From an uncultured Bacilli bacterium (GTDB lineage Bacteria > Bacillota_I > Bacilli_A > RFN20 > CAG-826): a stretch of DNA of 64,000 nt. The notes under the pieces were generated by a model, which saw nothing but the letters and a program-made list of their open reading frames with translations, made no database searches and was not told the origin of the DNA. The stretch covers positions 51,413 through 115,412 of the forward strand of contig CALVSI010000002.1 in NCBI GenBank assembly GCA_944358985.1. The letters are read 5' to 3'. Positions 29,874-39,229 of this stretch are shown in pieces. The first letter of the stretch is position 1, and the number at the start of each line of letters is the position of its first letter. The position numbers and the translations under genes were made by a program.

Positions 29874-32423
29874 TTAGTTCGTATGAAGCACTAATACACC
29901 ATAAGGTGGAACAGTGCATTCATTTTGTGAAACATTTGCACCATTTAAGGCGTAAGGTGTGCCACCTTCAACATTAATAGTAGCGGTCATATTGCTCTTA
30001 CCGGTATTAATATAAACGGCAAATGAACCATTATCTGATGTGACAACAAAATGATAAACATCAACACAATCATTAAATTCATAACCATTGAATTTAGCAT
30101 TTTTACCATACATTTTCTTAATGGTTGTTAATTGTTTGAAGAAATCAAGCATATCATTATCCGTATCGCTTTCACTTTGTTCGTTTGCGGATTTAATAGT
30201 GCTGTTATAAGAGTCCCATTCAACATCATAACTATTAAATGAATAATCTGTTGTCGTATCATCTCCCCATTTAAATGGTTGACGATACCATAGGTCTTCA
30301 TTATTTTCATTACCATACATTTCAATGTGCTTATTGGTATTACCAGACATACCTAATTCATCACCATAATAAATCCATGAAATACCTGGAGTTAATATTG
30401 TTGAAGCTGCACCTACTCTTGCTCTTTGAATTTGTTCAGTAGTGCCAGTCACATTCGTCGTATCTGACATTTGATTTATTAATCTAGCCGTATCGTGGTT
30501 AGAAGTAAATGGCGAATTAATAAAATCGCCTCTTTTTCCACCAGGAACGGTTGTTGAAGTACCATCTAATTGAATATTGCTGCTGGTAGTAAAACAATCA
30601 TATGTTTCAGCTTGATGTAAACTAGATGCTTGTGAAGCGGTAATTGTGCCAGCGCCTCCACCATCATATAACCATTCACGATTATGGTAATATAAACCAA
30701 AATCAAATTGAGAATCTAAGGCTTGGTAATATGGTGCAATTCTTTTGCCCCAACCATCAAAGTTTTCACCAACTAAGAAACATTCTGGATAAATAGCTTT
30801 TAATCGATTAGCAAATTCTTTCCAAAAATTAACATTTTTAGTTAAATCGCTAGAATAGTCAAAATCCACTGTGACCTGTTCCATTTTTTCTTCGTCGTAA
30901 TATGTTCTTTCGCCAGTATCAGAAATAATAATATCACCAGCAAAATCATCAACCTCATCACGCATGTAAATATGTTTAACAGCATCCAATCTAAAGCCAT
31001 CTAGTCCAAAACCCAACCAATATAAAGCCATGTTAATAACTAAATCTCTTGTTGATTGACAATCATAATTTAATTCCGCCATGTCGGAACCAAACTTACC
31101 ATAATAATAATACTTAGATTCACCATCTTTATACCAATCTGGATGATCTTCAACATTTACTTGGACATAATTGCCATTTTGATATAACCAAACTTTATCA
31201 CCTTCAAATTTCCAATGATACATATCACGATAATTAATTTCATTACCAAATTCATCATGGCCAACTTCTCCAAGTTGAGATTTTTCAAACCAAACATTGT
31301 TTTTAGAAGTGTGATTTATAACTAAATCCATCAAAACTTTCATTCCTTTTTGATGTGCTTTATAAATTAATTCGCGATAATCGTTAATAGTACCAAATTT
31401 AGAATCTACTTCATAAAAATCGGTAATATCATAACCATGATAAGATTCACTAGCTTGAATTGGTGTTAGCCATAAAACTTGAACACCTAAATCTTCTAAA
31501 TAATCTAATGAATTAATAATTCCGCGAATATCACCTAAACCATCACCATTGCTATCTTTAAATGATGCAACAAAAATTTGATATCCAACACCTAATGATT
31601 CAAATGAATCAGCGGTAGAAGAAACACCATAAATACTAGAAGAAGAATCCACATTTGTTTCGCTTCGATATTGACCAGTTGTATCTGTCACTATCGGATT
31701 AGTGGCAGCTTCATCACTATAAGTAAAAGTAAATTGTTTTACCATTCCTTGAATACAATAAATGTGAACATATCCTTTTTTAGCTAGTTCAACATCAAAA
31801 TCAGTAATATAGGTATTTGAACCACCATCGCTTGTCCAATGACTTCCACCACCCATGCTATTTTGATCAATAATTAAAAAGCCTAATCTTGTCGCACCTG
31901 ATAAAGAAACTGGTTCGCCAGTTCTTCCACCTAATAAATCAGTGCGATTTAAATCTATATCCATAACGCGACCGCTTTGGTCGATAGATTGTCCGCTTCC
32001 TCCAATGTCATTCATCCAGGAAGTAGACATTTCATAAAAGACATCTTGAACAGTTTGATTAGAAGCACCCCAAAGTGTTCCTTCTGAATCAATTGGGGCG
32101 TTTTGCCAAAGCCAAATTGCATAGTTATTATACTCTTCCATTGTCGCGTTATCTCTTCGATAGTGAATATATAAATGACCTGGCTCTGACCAAGTATCAG
32201 TCCAAGCATCATAATCATCCACCATTGTGGTGGAAATTGGTGACTCAGATGTTGTACTTGTGATAACGCTAGTTGTTGTTGTGCTTGTTGTGGAAGATGT
32301 TGTACTTGTGATAACGCTAGTTGTCGTTCCACTTGTCGTGGAAGATGTTGGATTATCTGGCGTACAACTAGTTACTGTTAGAGTCAACATTAATAGTGAT
32401 ATCAATAAATATTGTTTTTTCAT
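29874..32423 (-). CDS. GH13 alpha-amylase-family lipoprotein with a Ser/Thr-rich linker.
   Basis: Lipobox 'VTSC'. 'DLVINHTS', 'GFRLDAVKH', 'FLVGENFDGW' and 'FTSNHDTAR' GH13 regions I-IV. 849 aa. Confidence 0.85.
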   Translation of the reverse strand: MKKQYLLISLLMLTLTVTSCTPDNPTSSTTSGTTTSVITSTTSSTTSTTTTSVITSTTSESPISTTMVDDYDAWTDTWSEPGHLYIHYRRDNATMEEYNNYAIWLWQNAPIDSEGTLWGASNQTVQDVFYEMSTSWMNDIGGSGQSIDQSGRVMDIDLNRTDLLGGRTGEPVSLSGATRLGFLIIDQNSMGGGSHWTSDGGSNTYITDFDVELAKKGYVHIYCIQGMVKQFTFTYSDEAATNPIVTDTTGQYRSETNVDSSSSIYGVSSTADSFESLGVGYQIFVASFKDSNGDGLGDIRGIINSLDYLEDLGVQVLWLTPIQASESYHGYDITDFYEVDSKFGTINDYRELIYKAHQKGMKVLMDLVINHTSKNNVWFEKSQLGEVGHDEFGNEINYRDMYHWKFEGDKVWLYQNGNYVQVNVEDHPDWYKDGESKYYYYGKFGSDMAELNYDCQSTRDLVINMALYWLGFGLDGFRLDAVKHIYMRDEVDDFAGDIIISDTGERTYYDEEKMEQVTVDFDYSSDLTKNVNFWKEFANRLKAIYPECFLVGENFDGWGKRIAPYYQALDSQFDFGLYYHNREWLYDGGGAGTITASQASSLHQAETYDCFTTSSNIQLDGTSTTVPGGKRGDFINSPFTSNHDTARLINQMSDTTNVTGTTEQIQRARVGAASTILTPGISWIYYGDELGMSGNTNKHIEMYGNENNEDLWYRQPFKWGDDTTTDYSFNSYDVEWDSYNSTIKSANEQSESDTDNDMLDFFKQLTTIKKMYGKNAKFNGYEFNDCVDVYHFVVTSDNGSFAVYINTGKSNMTATINVEGGTPYALNGANVSQNECTVPPYGVLVLHTN
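32248..32345. repeat. About 2.3 copies of a 48-bp tandem repeat inside the amylase gene, encoding the T/S-rich linker.
   Basis: 'gatgttgtacttgtgataacgctagttgt' occurs at 32248 and again at 32296. Encodes '...TSVITSTTSSTTSTTTTSVITSTTS'. Confidence 0.7.
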
Positions 32424-32432
32424 ATAGACTCC

Positions 32433-32852
32433 TTATTCAACATAATCCCAAATGCCATATAAAGTTAAGACAGGAGGATAAATATTAGGAGGAATTAAAT
32501 CATTTTCAAAATCCCACAAATCATCTTCTGTCGCTATTAATGGTTTTGTTGACCAGCCAATAAAAGTATTAAATTCTTCATATTTTGACACTGGGTCAGC
32601 CGGTTTATCTGTAATTAATTCATTAGTCTTGCCTTTACCAGAATAATACGTTTCACCAGAATAACTTTCATAAATACTAGCGTAATAATAAATTGTTACA
32701 TCTTGAACTACAACGTTAGTTGTTGAAGTAGTTGTGCTTGTTGTTTGAGAAGTGTTTGTACTACCACTAGTGGATGTAACATCATTATTTACACAACTTG
32801 AAACCAATAATGTTAAAGGAAGTAATGCTAATAATAATTTATTTTTCTTCAT
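32433..32852 (-). CDS. Small lipoprotein with a T/S-rich linker and one Listeria-Bacteroides (Flg_new) repeat.
   Basis: Lipobox 'VSSC'. 'TFIGWSTKP...LTLYGIWD'. Confidence 0.55.
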   Translation of the reverse strand: MKKNKLLLALLPLTLLVSSCVNNDVTSTSGSTNTSQTTSTTTSTTNVVVQDVTIYYYASIYESYSGETYYSGKGKTNELITDKPADPVSKYEEFNTFIGWSTKPLIATEDDLWDFENDLIPPNIYPPVLTLYGIWDYVE

Positions 32853-32871
32853 GATTATTCGCTCCTTTCAC

Positions 32872-35800
32872 TTACATCTTAAATATGGCGAATTGTCTTG
32901 CACCCATTGAAATTCGACCATTGCCATAAGTAATCCCATCCATCTCGCTTGTATTTTGAGCGGAATTATAAACTAATTGTGCTTGTCCTACTTCTGACCA
33001 GCTAATATCGCTAGCGATTCTTCCGGTGAAGAAAATCCAATAACGATCACCAGTATTTGCCTCATCGCCTGTATAGAAGTAAACACCAATCATAGTTGCA
33101 CCATTAGATTGTGATTCGTCATCGTTATTATACCAAGCTGACAAATGATCAGGTGCACTTGGGAAAGACATATGACCAGTGAATTGTTTTCTTGTTTGGA
33201 ATAATCTTACAAATCCTTGATAAACTTCATAAACACTGACATCTTGTCCTTGATATTCGATATTTATTTTACGATCGTATTTAAATGAATTAGTTTCATC
33301 TGAACTACGATAAGAGTTATGAGAAATAATTTTTCCAAACATTGTTACTTCACTAGTGGAGGTCACAACACTTGGATCTTCAGAATAAGTTGGATATTCT
33401 GGGTAAGGACGTACCTCATATGATTCATTAGCAGGATCAACTTCCTTACTTCTGAATAGTTCTTCACCGCCTTGAATAAAGGCAATGCCTTGTGAAAACG
33501 CTACACTAGCATGAGCTGCTAAAGAAGCATAAGCAACATCTAGCGGATTAGGTTCAAGACTAGCCGGTGGGTTTTGAGATGTCGTGCCAGTATAATCAGC
33601 AAGAGTATAATTTAATTGATCAAATAAAGCGTAATTATCATGACATGAAACATAATTTATTGTTTGATATGGATTGGCACCAGGAGCATATGTATTAGTA
33701 CCTTTAATCATATCAGCAACATAATTAGCGTTGTTACCATCTCTTCCTTGGGCAATAAATCCCCAACCAGGATAAGCGTTATTGGTTCCCCAACCGCCAT
33801 CATTACCACCTCTAACGCCATTTCTTCCAGCATCATTAAATCCACCCAAATGGCCAGGTGATGTTTCACTAGCGTATAAATCTGAATAAACATGGGTGTT
33901 ATCAGTTCCAACAGTGCCTTCTTCACCACCATAACCACCACTTGTCCATCCTTCACCATATACAACAAAGTCTTTGTCAATGTTATATAAAGTGTCTTTA
34001 ACTTCACGCATCGTTTCAGTATCAATAAGACCCATTAAGTCAAATCTATAACCTTTGACTTTATATTCTGTTGCCCAAAATACAACACTATCAACGATGA
34101 ATTTACGCATCATCGTAGATTCTGTTTTTACTTCATTTCCACATCCAGCACCATCTTTATAATATCCATCTTCTGTCATTCTAAAATAATAGCCTGGCAT
34201 AATCTTTTGGAAATTAGAAGATGTTGCACTGCTAACGTGGTTATAAACAACGTCCATAATGACACGAGTATGATTATCATTAAGAGCGTATGCCTTAATT
34301 AACTCTTTAAATTCTTTAACACGAACTTCACCATTGTATGGATTAGATGAATAACCACCTTCCACGACATTATAATTTAATGGATTATATCCCCAGTTAA
34401 ATGAAACATTAGCTTCATTATTAGATTGATCAAATACTGGAAGAATTTGAATTGCATTAACTCCTAATTCTTCAATATGATCAAAACCAGTAGTTACGGT
34501 TATTCCATCTTCACTATATGTTGTACCATTTTCATAGAAAGCTTGATATGTTCCAGGAGTGGATGTTCCATTCCAAGTATCATCCATTGTTAAATCACGA
34601 ATATGAATTTCATAAACCGCAAGATCACTAGGAGCATTAATATCAAATCCTTCTTGGCCATCCCAAACAAGTGGAACTTCACCCCAACCATCTGGATCGG
34701 TCGTATCCAAATCTAATATCATTCCTCTTTCGCCATTAATTCCCGCTGACTTAGCGTATGGATCAACAACTTCATTTATACCTTGATTGTTATAAACATA
34801 ATATGTGTAATATTTGCCGTTTAAATCTTCTTCGACTTCGCATGACCAAACACCGCCAGCCATGTAATTCATACGATATAATTTATATGAATCGTTAATC
34901 ATAGAACCACCTGTTGGATCTAAATAACGAGGTGTGCCCGTTCTATATATTCTTAATTCAACACGTGCAGACATTGGAGACCAAAGTCTAAATGTTGTTT
35001 TCTCTTTTGTATAAATTGCACCTAATTGGCCATCATAGGTGTAATATTTTTCAAATCTTTCATCGCCATATAACAAATCATAGTCAACTGGTCGAGTTTT
35101 TGGTCGTTCAGGATAATTGACAAATGAACAGCGAACTTGATATACCACTGACGGAGGCATATGGTATTGGAAAGATATAGTAATTGTTGAACTTGGTTCG
35201 CTGACAGTTGCACTTAGTATGGCATAGCTTTCATAACGAGAATTTTGTTCATTTAAACCTAGATTATAATAACCAGGAGTTAAAGCATAAACTGTATAAC
35301 CACTAATAGGGCCAGTTGCTCTTACTTCAATTGTTTTCCAATCGGTAAACTTAGCATATGTTACTTTATCACCTAAAGTTTCTTCTAAAGTAGCGAATAC
35401 GTCTATACTACCACCTGTTCCATCAATCGCCCACACTTCTAAATTACCTTCTTCATCGGGTGGAAATTTATCATATTCAATAGTGGTATCTGTCGATTGA
35501 CCTGCCCAAGTATTCATTACTTTGATAATAAAATAAAAAGTATCATGACTTGGAAAATCTCTTTTTGGATAAAGAGTAATATACATTCCAAAATCATCAA
35601 CGCCATCGGCTTCTAATTCGACACCATCTAAACCACCAGCCCAAACATAAAATCTTTTCGTATCATATGATGTTGGTGGATCCATTTGATAATGAATAGT
35701 AAGAGTTTCTGGAATGTTAATTGTCTCTTCTTCAGAGGCATAACGTGGTCCTAAATATTCACCTTTAGGATCATCACTAAATTGTGCCATGACTTGTTCA

Positions 35801-35892
35801 TCTTCTTTTGAAAGTGTTTCTGGACTTGTATTTGCACAAATTCCAATTGTCATGACTAATAAACTTAGCAAAGCTAAATGTCTTGCTTTCAT
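32872..35892 (-). CDS. pulA: Pullulanase (GH13, type I), secreted or lipid-anchored.
   Basis: 'YNWGYNP' pullulanase signature. 'GYRFDLMGL', 'YGEGW' and 'YVSCHDNY' catalytic regions. 1006 aa. Confidence 0.85.
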   Translation of the reverse strand: MKARHLALLSLLVMTIGICANTSPETLSKEDEQVMAQFSDDPKGEYLGPRYASEEETINIPETLTIHYQMDPPTSYDTKRFYVWAGGLDGVELEADGVDDFGMYITLYPKRDFPSHDTFYFIIKVMNTWAGQSTDTTIEYDKFPPDEEGNLEVWAIDGTGGSIDVFATLEETLGDKVTYAKFTDWKTIEVRATGPISGYTVYALTPGYYNLGLNEQNSRYESYAILSATVSEPSSTITISFQYHMPPSVVYQVRCSFVNYPERPKTRPVDYDLLYGDERFEKYYTYDGQLGAIYTKEKTTFRLWSPMSARVELRIYRTGTPRYLDPTGGSMINDSYKLYRMNYMAGGVWSCEVEEDLNGKYYTYYVYNNQGINEVVDPYAKSAGINGERGMILDLDTTDPDGWGEVPLVWDGQEGFDINAPSDLAVYEIHIRDLTMDDTWNGTSTPGTYQAFYENGTTYSEDGITVTTGFDHIEELGVNAIQILPVFDQSNNEANVSFNWGYNPLNYNVVEGGYSSNPYNGEVRVKEFKELIKAYALNDNHTRVIMDVVYNHVSSATSSNFQKIMPGYYFRMTEDGYYKDGAGCGNEVKTESTMMRKFIVDSVVFWATEYKVKGYRFDLMGLIDTETMREVKDTLYNIDKDFVVYGEGWTSGGYGGEEGTVGTDNTHVYSDLYASETSPGHLGGFNDAGRNGVRGGNDGGWGTNNAYPGWGFIAQGRDGNNANYVADMIKGTNTYAPGANPYQTINYVSCHDNYALFDQLNYTLADYTGTTSQNPPASLEPNPLDVAYASLAAHASVAFSQGIAFIQGGEELFRSKEVDPANESYEVRPYPEYPTYSEDPSVVTSTSEVTMFGKIISHNSYRSSDETNSFKYDRKINIEYQGQDVSVYEVYQGFVRLFQTRKQFTGHMSFPSAPDHLSAWYNNDDESQSNGATMIGVYFYTGDEANTGDRYWIFFTGRIASDISWSEVGQAQLVYNSAQNTSEMDGITYGNGRISMGARQFAIFKM

Positions 35893-35947
35893 AAATGTTA
35901 CTCCTTAAAACTAATATGTATATTTCATTATGTTCTAATTAATAAAA

Positions 35948-36904
35948 TTAAATGTCACCTTTGCAATATAACCAATAAATAATCGCACCTGGCCAGAAAA
36001 ATATAATAAGAATAATAAATATTGCCATATTCATTTCTTCTCTTTGCTTTTTAACTGGTGTTGGACCTTGATTAGCATTGTAATTATTATTCGGAATATA
36101 ATAAGGATTTGAATTATAGCAATATAAGCAGTTTGGATTATTTTCATTTAAAATCGCACCGCAATGCTTACATTCATTTACATTTGGATTATCATCTATA
36201 ATAACAACATTTTCGTTTTCTAATTTGTTTAGTTGATTAATATCTTCTTTTAAAGCTCTAATTTCTAAAACTGTATAATTTATTAATCCTAAACCAACTT
36301 TATTAAAATGTTCGATATAATGTGTCTTTAATAATTCAGCAATATCATTAATATGATTTTTAATATCTTGATAAGCAATATTGTTGTCAGTTAGATATTT
36401 GGTAATAATATCTTTTAAAGACATATTAATTTCCCGATTAGCGTAAATTGTCAAAGATTGTCTTAAAATTGTACCTTGACTTAAAAAACGATTTAACAAA
36501 GAATTTAAAAATGTTTGATAATCATTAATTTTAAAAGAAAATTGCCCTCTTGTTCTTAAATGCAATAAAACTTCTTTATGTTTTATATCATTTATATCAA
36601 TTGTTTCTTTACTGCCCCATAATCCAGAAAAAGTCGAATTTAAATTGTTAATAAAATAAATGGAAAATGGGAGAGGATTATCTGTTTTTTTATAACTTGT
36701 AATCGAATCAATAAGAACATCATCTAATACATAATTACCATTAGATAAGATTTTGATAATCTTATTTGTTTCATCGCAAATTAAAACACTTTGATTTTCA
36801 TCAACATAAATTTTACTCCCATAAGTATAATCTCTTGGAGAATATTTTGCTAAAATCCAATCATTAAAATCATTTTTGTAAGTGATCAATTTTTTATTTG
36901 ACAT
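35948..36904 (-). CDS. SPFH/Band_7_1-like protein with a zinc ribbon and a C-terminal TM anchor (tentative).
   Basis: N-terminal region 'KIYVDENQSVLICDETNKIIKI' resembles the YdjI-type Band_7_1 family. 'CKHCGAILNENNPNCLYC' zinc ribbon. C-terminal TM 'MAIFIILIIFFWPGAIIYWLY'. GAGGT RBS. Confidence 0.4.
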   Translation of the reverse strand: MSNKKLITYKNDFNDWILAKYSPRDYTYGSKIYVDENQSVLICDETNKIIKILSNGNYVLDDVLIDSITSYKKTDNPLPFSIYFINNLNSTFSGLWGSKETIDINDIKHKEVLLHLRTRGQFSFKINDYQTFLNSLLNRFLSQGTILRQSLTIYANREINMSLKDIITKYLTDNNIAYQDIKNHINDIAELLKTHYIEHFNKVGLGLINYTVLEIRALKEDINQLNKLENENVVIIDDNPNVNECKHCGAILNENNPNCLYCYNSNPYYIPNNNYNANQGPTPVKKQREEMNMAIFIILIIFFWPGAIIYWLYCKGDI

Positions 36905-36920
36905 ATTTACCTCGCTTTTA

Positions 36921-39077
36921 TTATTTATTACTATGTTTTTTCTTTTTAAGAATAACCGCGACTATGATAATAGCGGTTACATTGCTTGCAATAACTAATG
37001 ATATCATACAAATGAGGATTTGAGTATCATTAATGTTGTTATATAAATATGGCGCTAATAACAAATCAACACCTCTTGACATGAAGTCAGGATATTCGCT
37101 CGCACCATATTTTTGAATAATATAATCATATCTTTCCACACATAAAGCAATATCATCACTTCCACTGCTAGCTGCAGTTTTAAATAATTGTTTATCTTCC
37201 GCGGATAGTGTCATAAACAAACTGCTTAAATTATTCCAAACATCTTTACTTGGTGCACTATTACCACTTGGATTACAAACTAAATCATTTAAAAAGTCGT
37301 TTGCAAATTCACTAGCGCTATAGGATTGTTCCACTAATTTATATAATTGGATAGCGGATTGGTTTTGATAACTAGCTGATTTGTAATATCTAAATCCATG
37401 CCAACCACTATTAAAACGAAAATGGGCACTTGAAGATGCAATATCGGTTGAATTACCAACATAAGAAATTGAATTAGAAGGTGCCGGTGAGGAAGAAACA
37501 TCAATTCTGTTATCGTTTTTGCTACTATAAATGTATCTTGTTCCATCATAACAAATATTATATGCACCACTTGTCCCGCTTATCTCAACAGCATAACTTG
37601 CCGCGTCAGTGTCACTTATAACACCATCATCAATAGAAAACTCAACATAATTGCCAGATGAATTAACATTATCTGCTCCTGGATTAAAAACATAACCTAA
37701 ACTATTAGAAGATTCATAAACAATTAAATAAGTTCCATTATAATCATTTAATTGACTATCAACTTTTTCAAAACTTCCACTTACAGCAGAACTACTCACG
37801 ACATTAATTGTCGCTGTCGCAGTAATATTATTATTCATTAAAGATGTTGCTTTAATAGTGGTACTTCCTTGTCCAATACCTCTAACTAAACCTTGGGTAT
37901 TAACACTAGCAACACTTGGATTTGATGATTCATATTTGACACTGCTACTCGCATTACTAGGAGTTGGAGTAATTTTTAATTGCAATGTTTCATTAATTTT
38001 AATTGTTTCAAAACTTGGAGAAATAGCAATGCTTTCTAAAACAATAGCTTTGCTAACTGTAATATTGCAAGATGCAGTTAATAAATCACTTCCAAAATAT
38101 GCTTGAGCGGTTATAACTGCATTTCCTTCACTAACTGCAGTTAATAAGCCATCGCTATCGACAGTAACTACATCATTATTATTTGAAGAATAATTAACAT
38201 CAATATCTGGATAACCATTCACATAAGCATCTAATTGATATTGTTCCCCAACTTGTAATGACAAATTTGAAGGCATAACAATATTATCGCCATCGCCCCA
38301 AATATAATTAGCAAATTCTGGATGATCCACAAACGGATTTCGATTGCCTTGATTTTCATAAACAGCGTTATTACGGAAAATATCACGATCAGTAACCGAA
38401 TAAGTATTATGCCAATCTAAACATGTTTCCACACTATCAAAAATATCAGTGATTTCATAATCATAATAAATACAGCAATACATAACAGCGCGAGCAACTT
38501 CCCCTTTCGCCTCGTCACATGGTTCAAAATAACTGCCTGTCGTATAACAATCTCTTGCTACTCCGTAAGTTTTCACTTGATTTGCGGAAGTATGAGCTAC
38601 TTCACCAAAATGTTTGCTTCCTCTAACGTTGTTAATATAACCTTCACAAGCAAAAATATTGTGATTATCAGTCTTAGAATTTGGAAAAGCAGTTTGAGTA
38701 AATATATGTTCTCTATTCCATGTTGTAGATGAATAACTACCGCCAGCATGAGCACTCTTATCAAATAACACTCGACTATATAAACAAATTACTTTATTGT
38801 TATGTCCCTCGGCTTCATCTGCATCTTCATATCTATCCCAATCATAACTTTTCGAACGAGGATTGTTAAAAGTCGCTAATTCGTTACGAAGTTCATCTCC
38901 TGTCAAATTCAAGCAATCATCATAATAACCATTAGGATAATCACTAACTTGCTCACCACTATAAGCATACGCACTTTCTATTGAATCATATTTAACAATT
39001 GAACTTGTTGTTGATGACACAATAGAAAAAGCAAACGCCGCTAATAAGAATAACTTTGTTATTGATTTTGTTTTCAT
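36921..39077 (-). CDS. Membrane-anchored extracellular nuclease of the endonuclease I (EndA/Vvn) family, with two Big_2 Ig-like domains.
   Basis: 'NREHIFTQ', 'DNHNIFACEGYINNVRGSKHFGEV' and 'FEPCDEAKGEVARAVMY' match the 'EHVWP / DLHNL..N..RGN / FEPPD..KGDVAR' blocks. Big_2-like 'VTVDSDGLLTAVSEGNAVITAQA'. C-terminal TM plus KKKKHSNK tail. GAAGGAGAAA RBS. Confidence 0.75.
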   Translation of the reverse strand: MKTKSITKLFLLAAFAFSIVSSTTSSIVKYDSIESAYAYSGEQVSDYPNGYYDDCLNLTGDELRNELATFNNPRSKSYDWDRYEDADEAEGHNNKVICLYSRVLFDKSAHAGGSYSSTTWNREHIFTQTAFPNSKTDNHNIFACEGYINNVRGSKHFGEVAHTSANQVKTYGVARDCYTTGSYFEPCDEAKGEVARAVMYCCIYYDYEITDIFDSVETCLDWHNTYSVTDRDIFRNNAVYENQGNRNPFVDHPEFANYIWGDGDNIVMPSNLSLQVGEQYQLDAYVNGYPDIDVNYSSNNNDVVTVDSDGLLTAVSEGNAVITAQAYFGSDLLTASCNITVSKAIVLESIAISPSFETIKINETLQLKITPTPSNASSSVKYESSNPSVASVNTQGLVRGIGQGSTTIKATSLMNNNITATATINVVSSSAVSGSFEKVDSQLNDYNGTYLIVYESSNSLGYVFNPGADNVNSSGNYVEFSIDDGVISDTDAASYAVEISGTSGAYNICYDGTRYIYSSKNDNRIDVSSSPAPSNSISYVGNSTDIASSSAHFRFNSGWHGFRYYKSASYQNQSAIQLYKLVEQSYSASEFANDFLNDLVCNPSGNSAPSKDVWNNLSSLFMTLSAEDKQLFKTAASSGSDDIALCVERYDYIIQKYGASEYPDFMSRGVDLLLAPYLYNNINDTQILICMISLVIASNVTAIIIVAVILKKKKHSNK

Positions 39078-39229
39078 ATTAAAGTTTTCTCCTTCGTAGT
39101 TTTATATTATGTTAAAACCCTACGATTATTAGTATAGCAAATTTAAAAGAAATAGGGTTTTCAAATAAAAGAAAGTAAACAAAATTTTAAAATAGTTGAT
39201 TAAAATCAAAGAAAGTTTAGGAAATTGAT

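Noticed and set aside
32012-32427. ORFs in the track that lie inside larger genes: 32012-32332(-) and 32227-32427(+) here, plus 1763-1963, 8307-8507, 13124-13330, 14177-14377, 16055-16327, 17473-17778, 25373-25567, 24949-25557, 27743-27931, 29786-29977, 30128-30325, 32075-32263, 33664-33861, 33708-34025, 35022-35213, 37334-37570, 37858-38106, 39689-39901, 40153-40410, 40528-40776, 42225-42611, 45405-45623, 45926-46123, 46382-46633, 46869-47060, 47793-47978, 50034-50411, 50850-51035, 52694-52885, 57207-57425, 57432-57665, 61005-61217, 62031-62252 and 63733-63990.
   Set aside because: Each lies wholly within, and out of frame with, a longer ORF that has clear family-level motifs. They are low-complexity translations of AT-rich antisense or shifted frames with no RBS.
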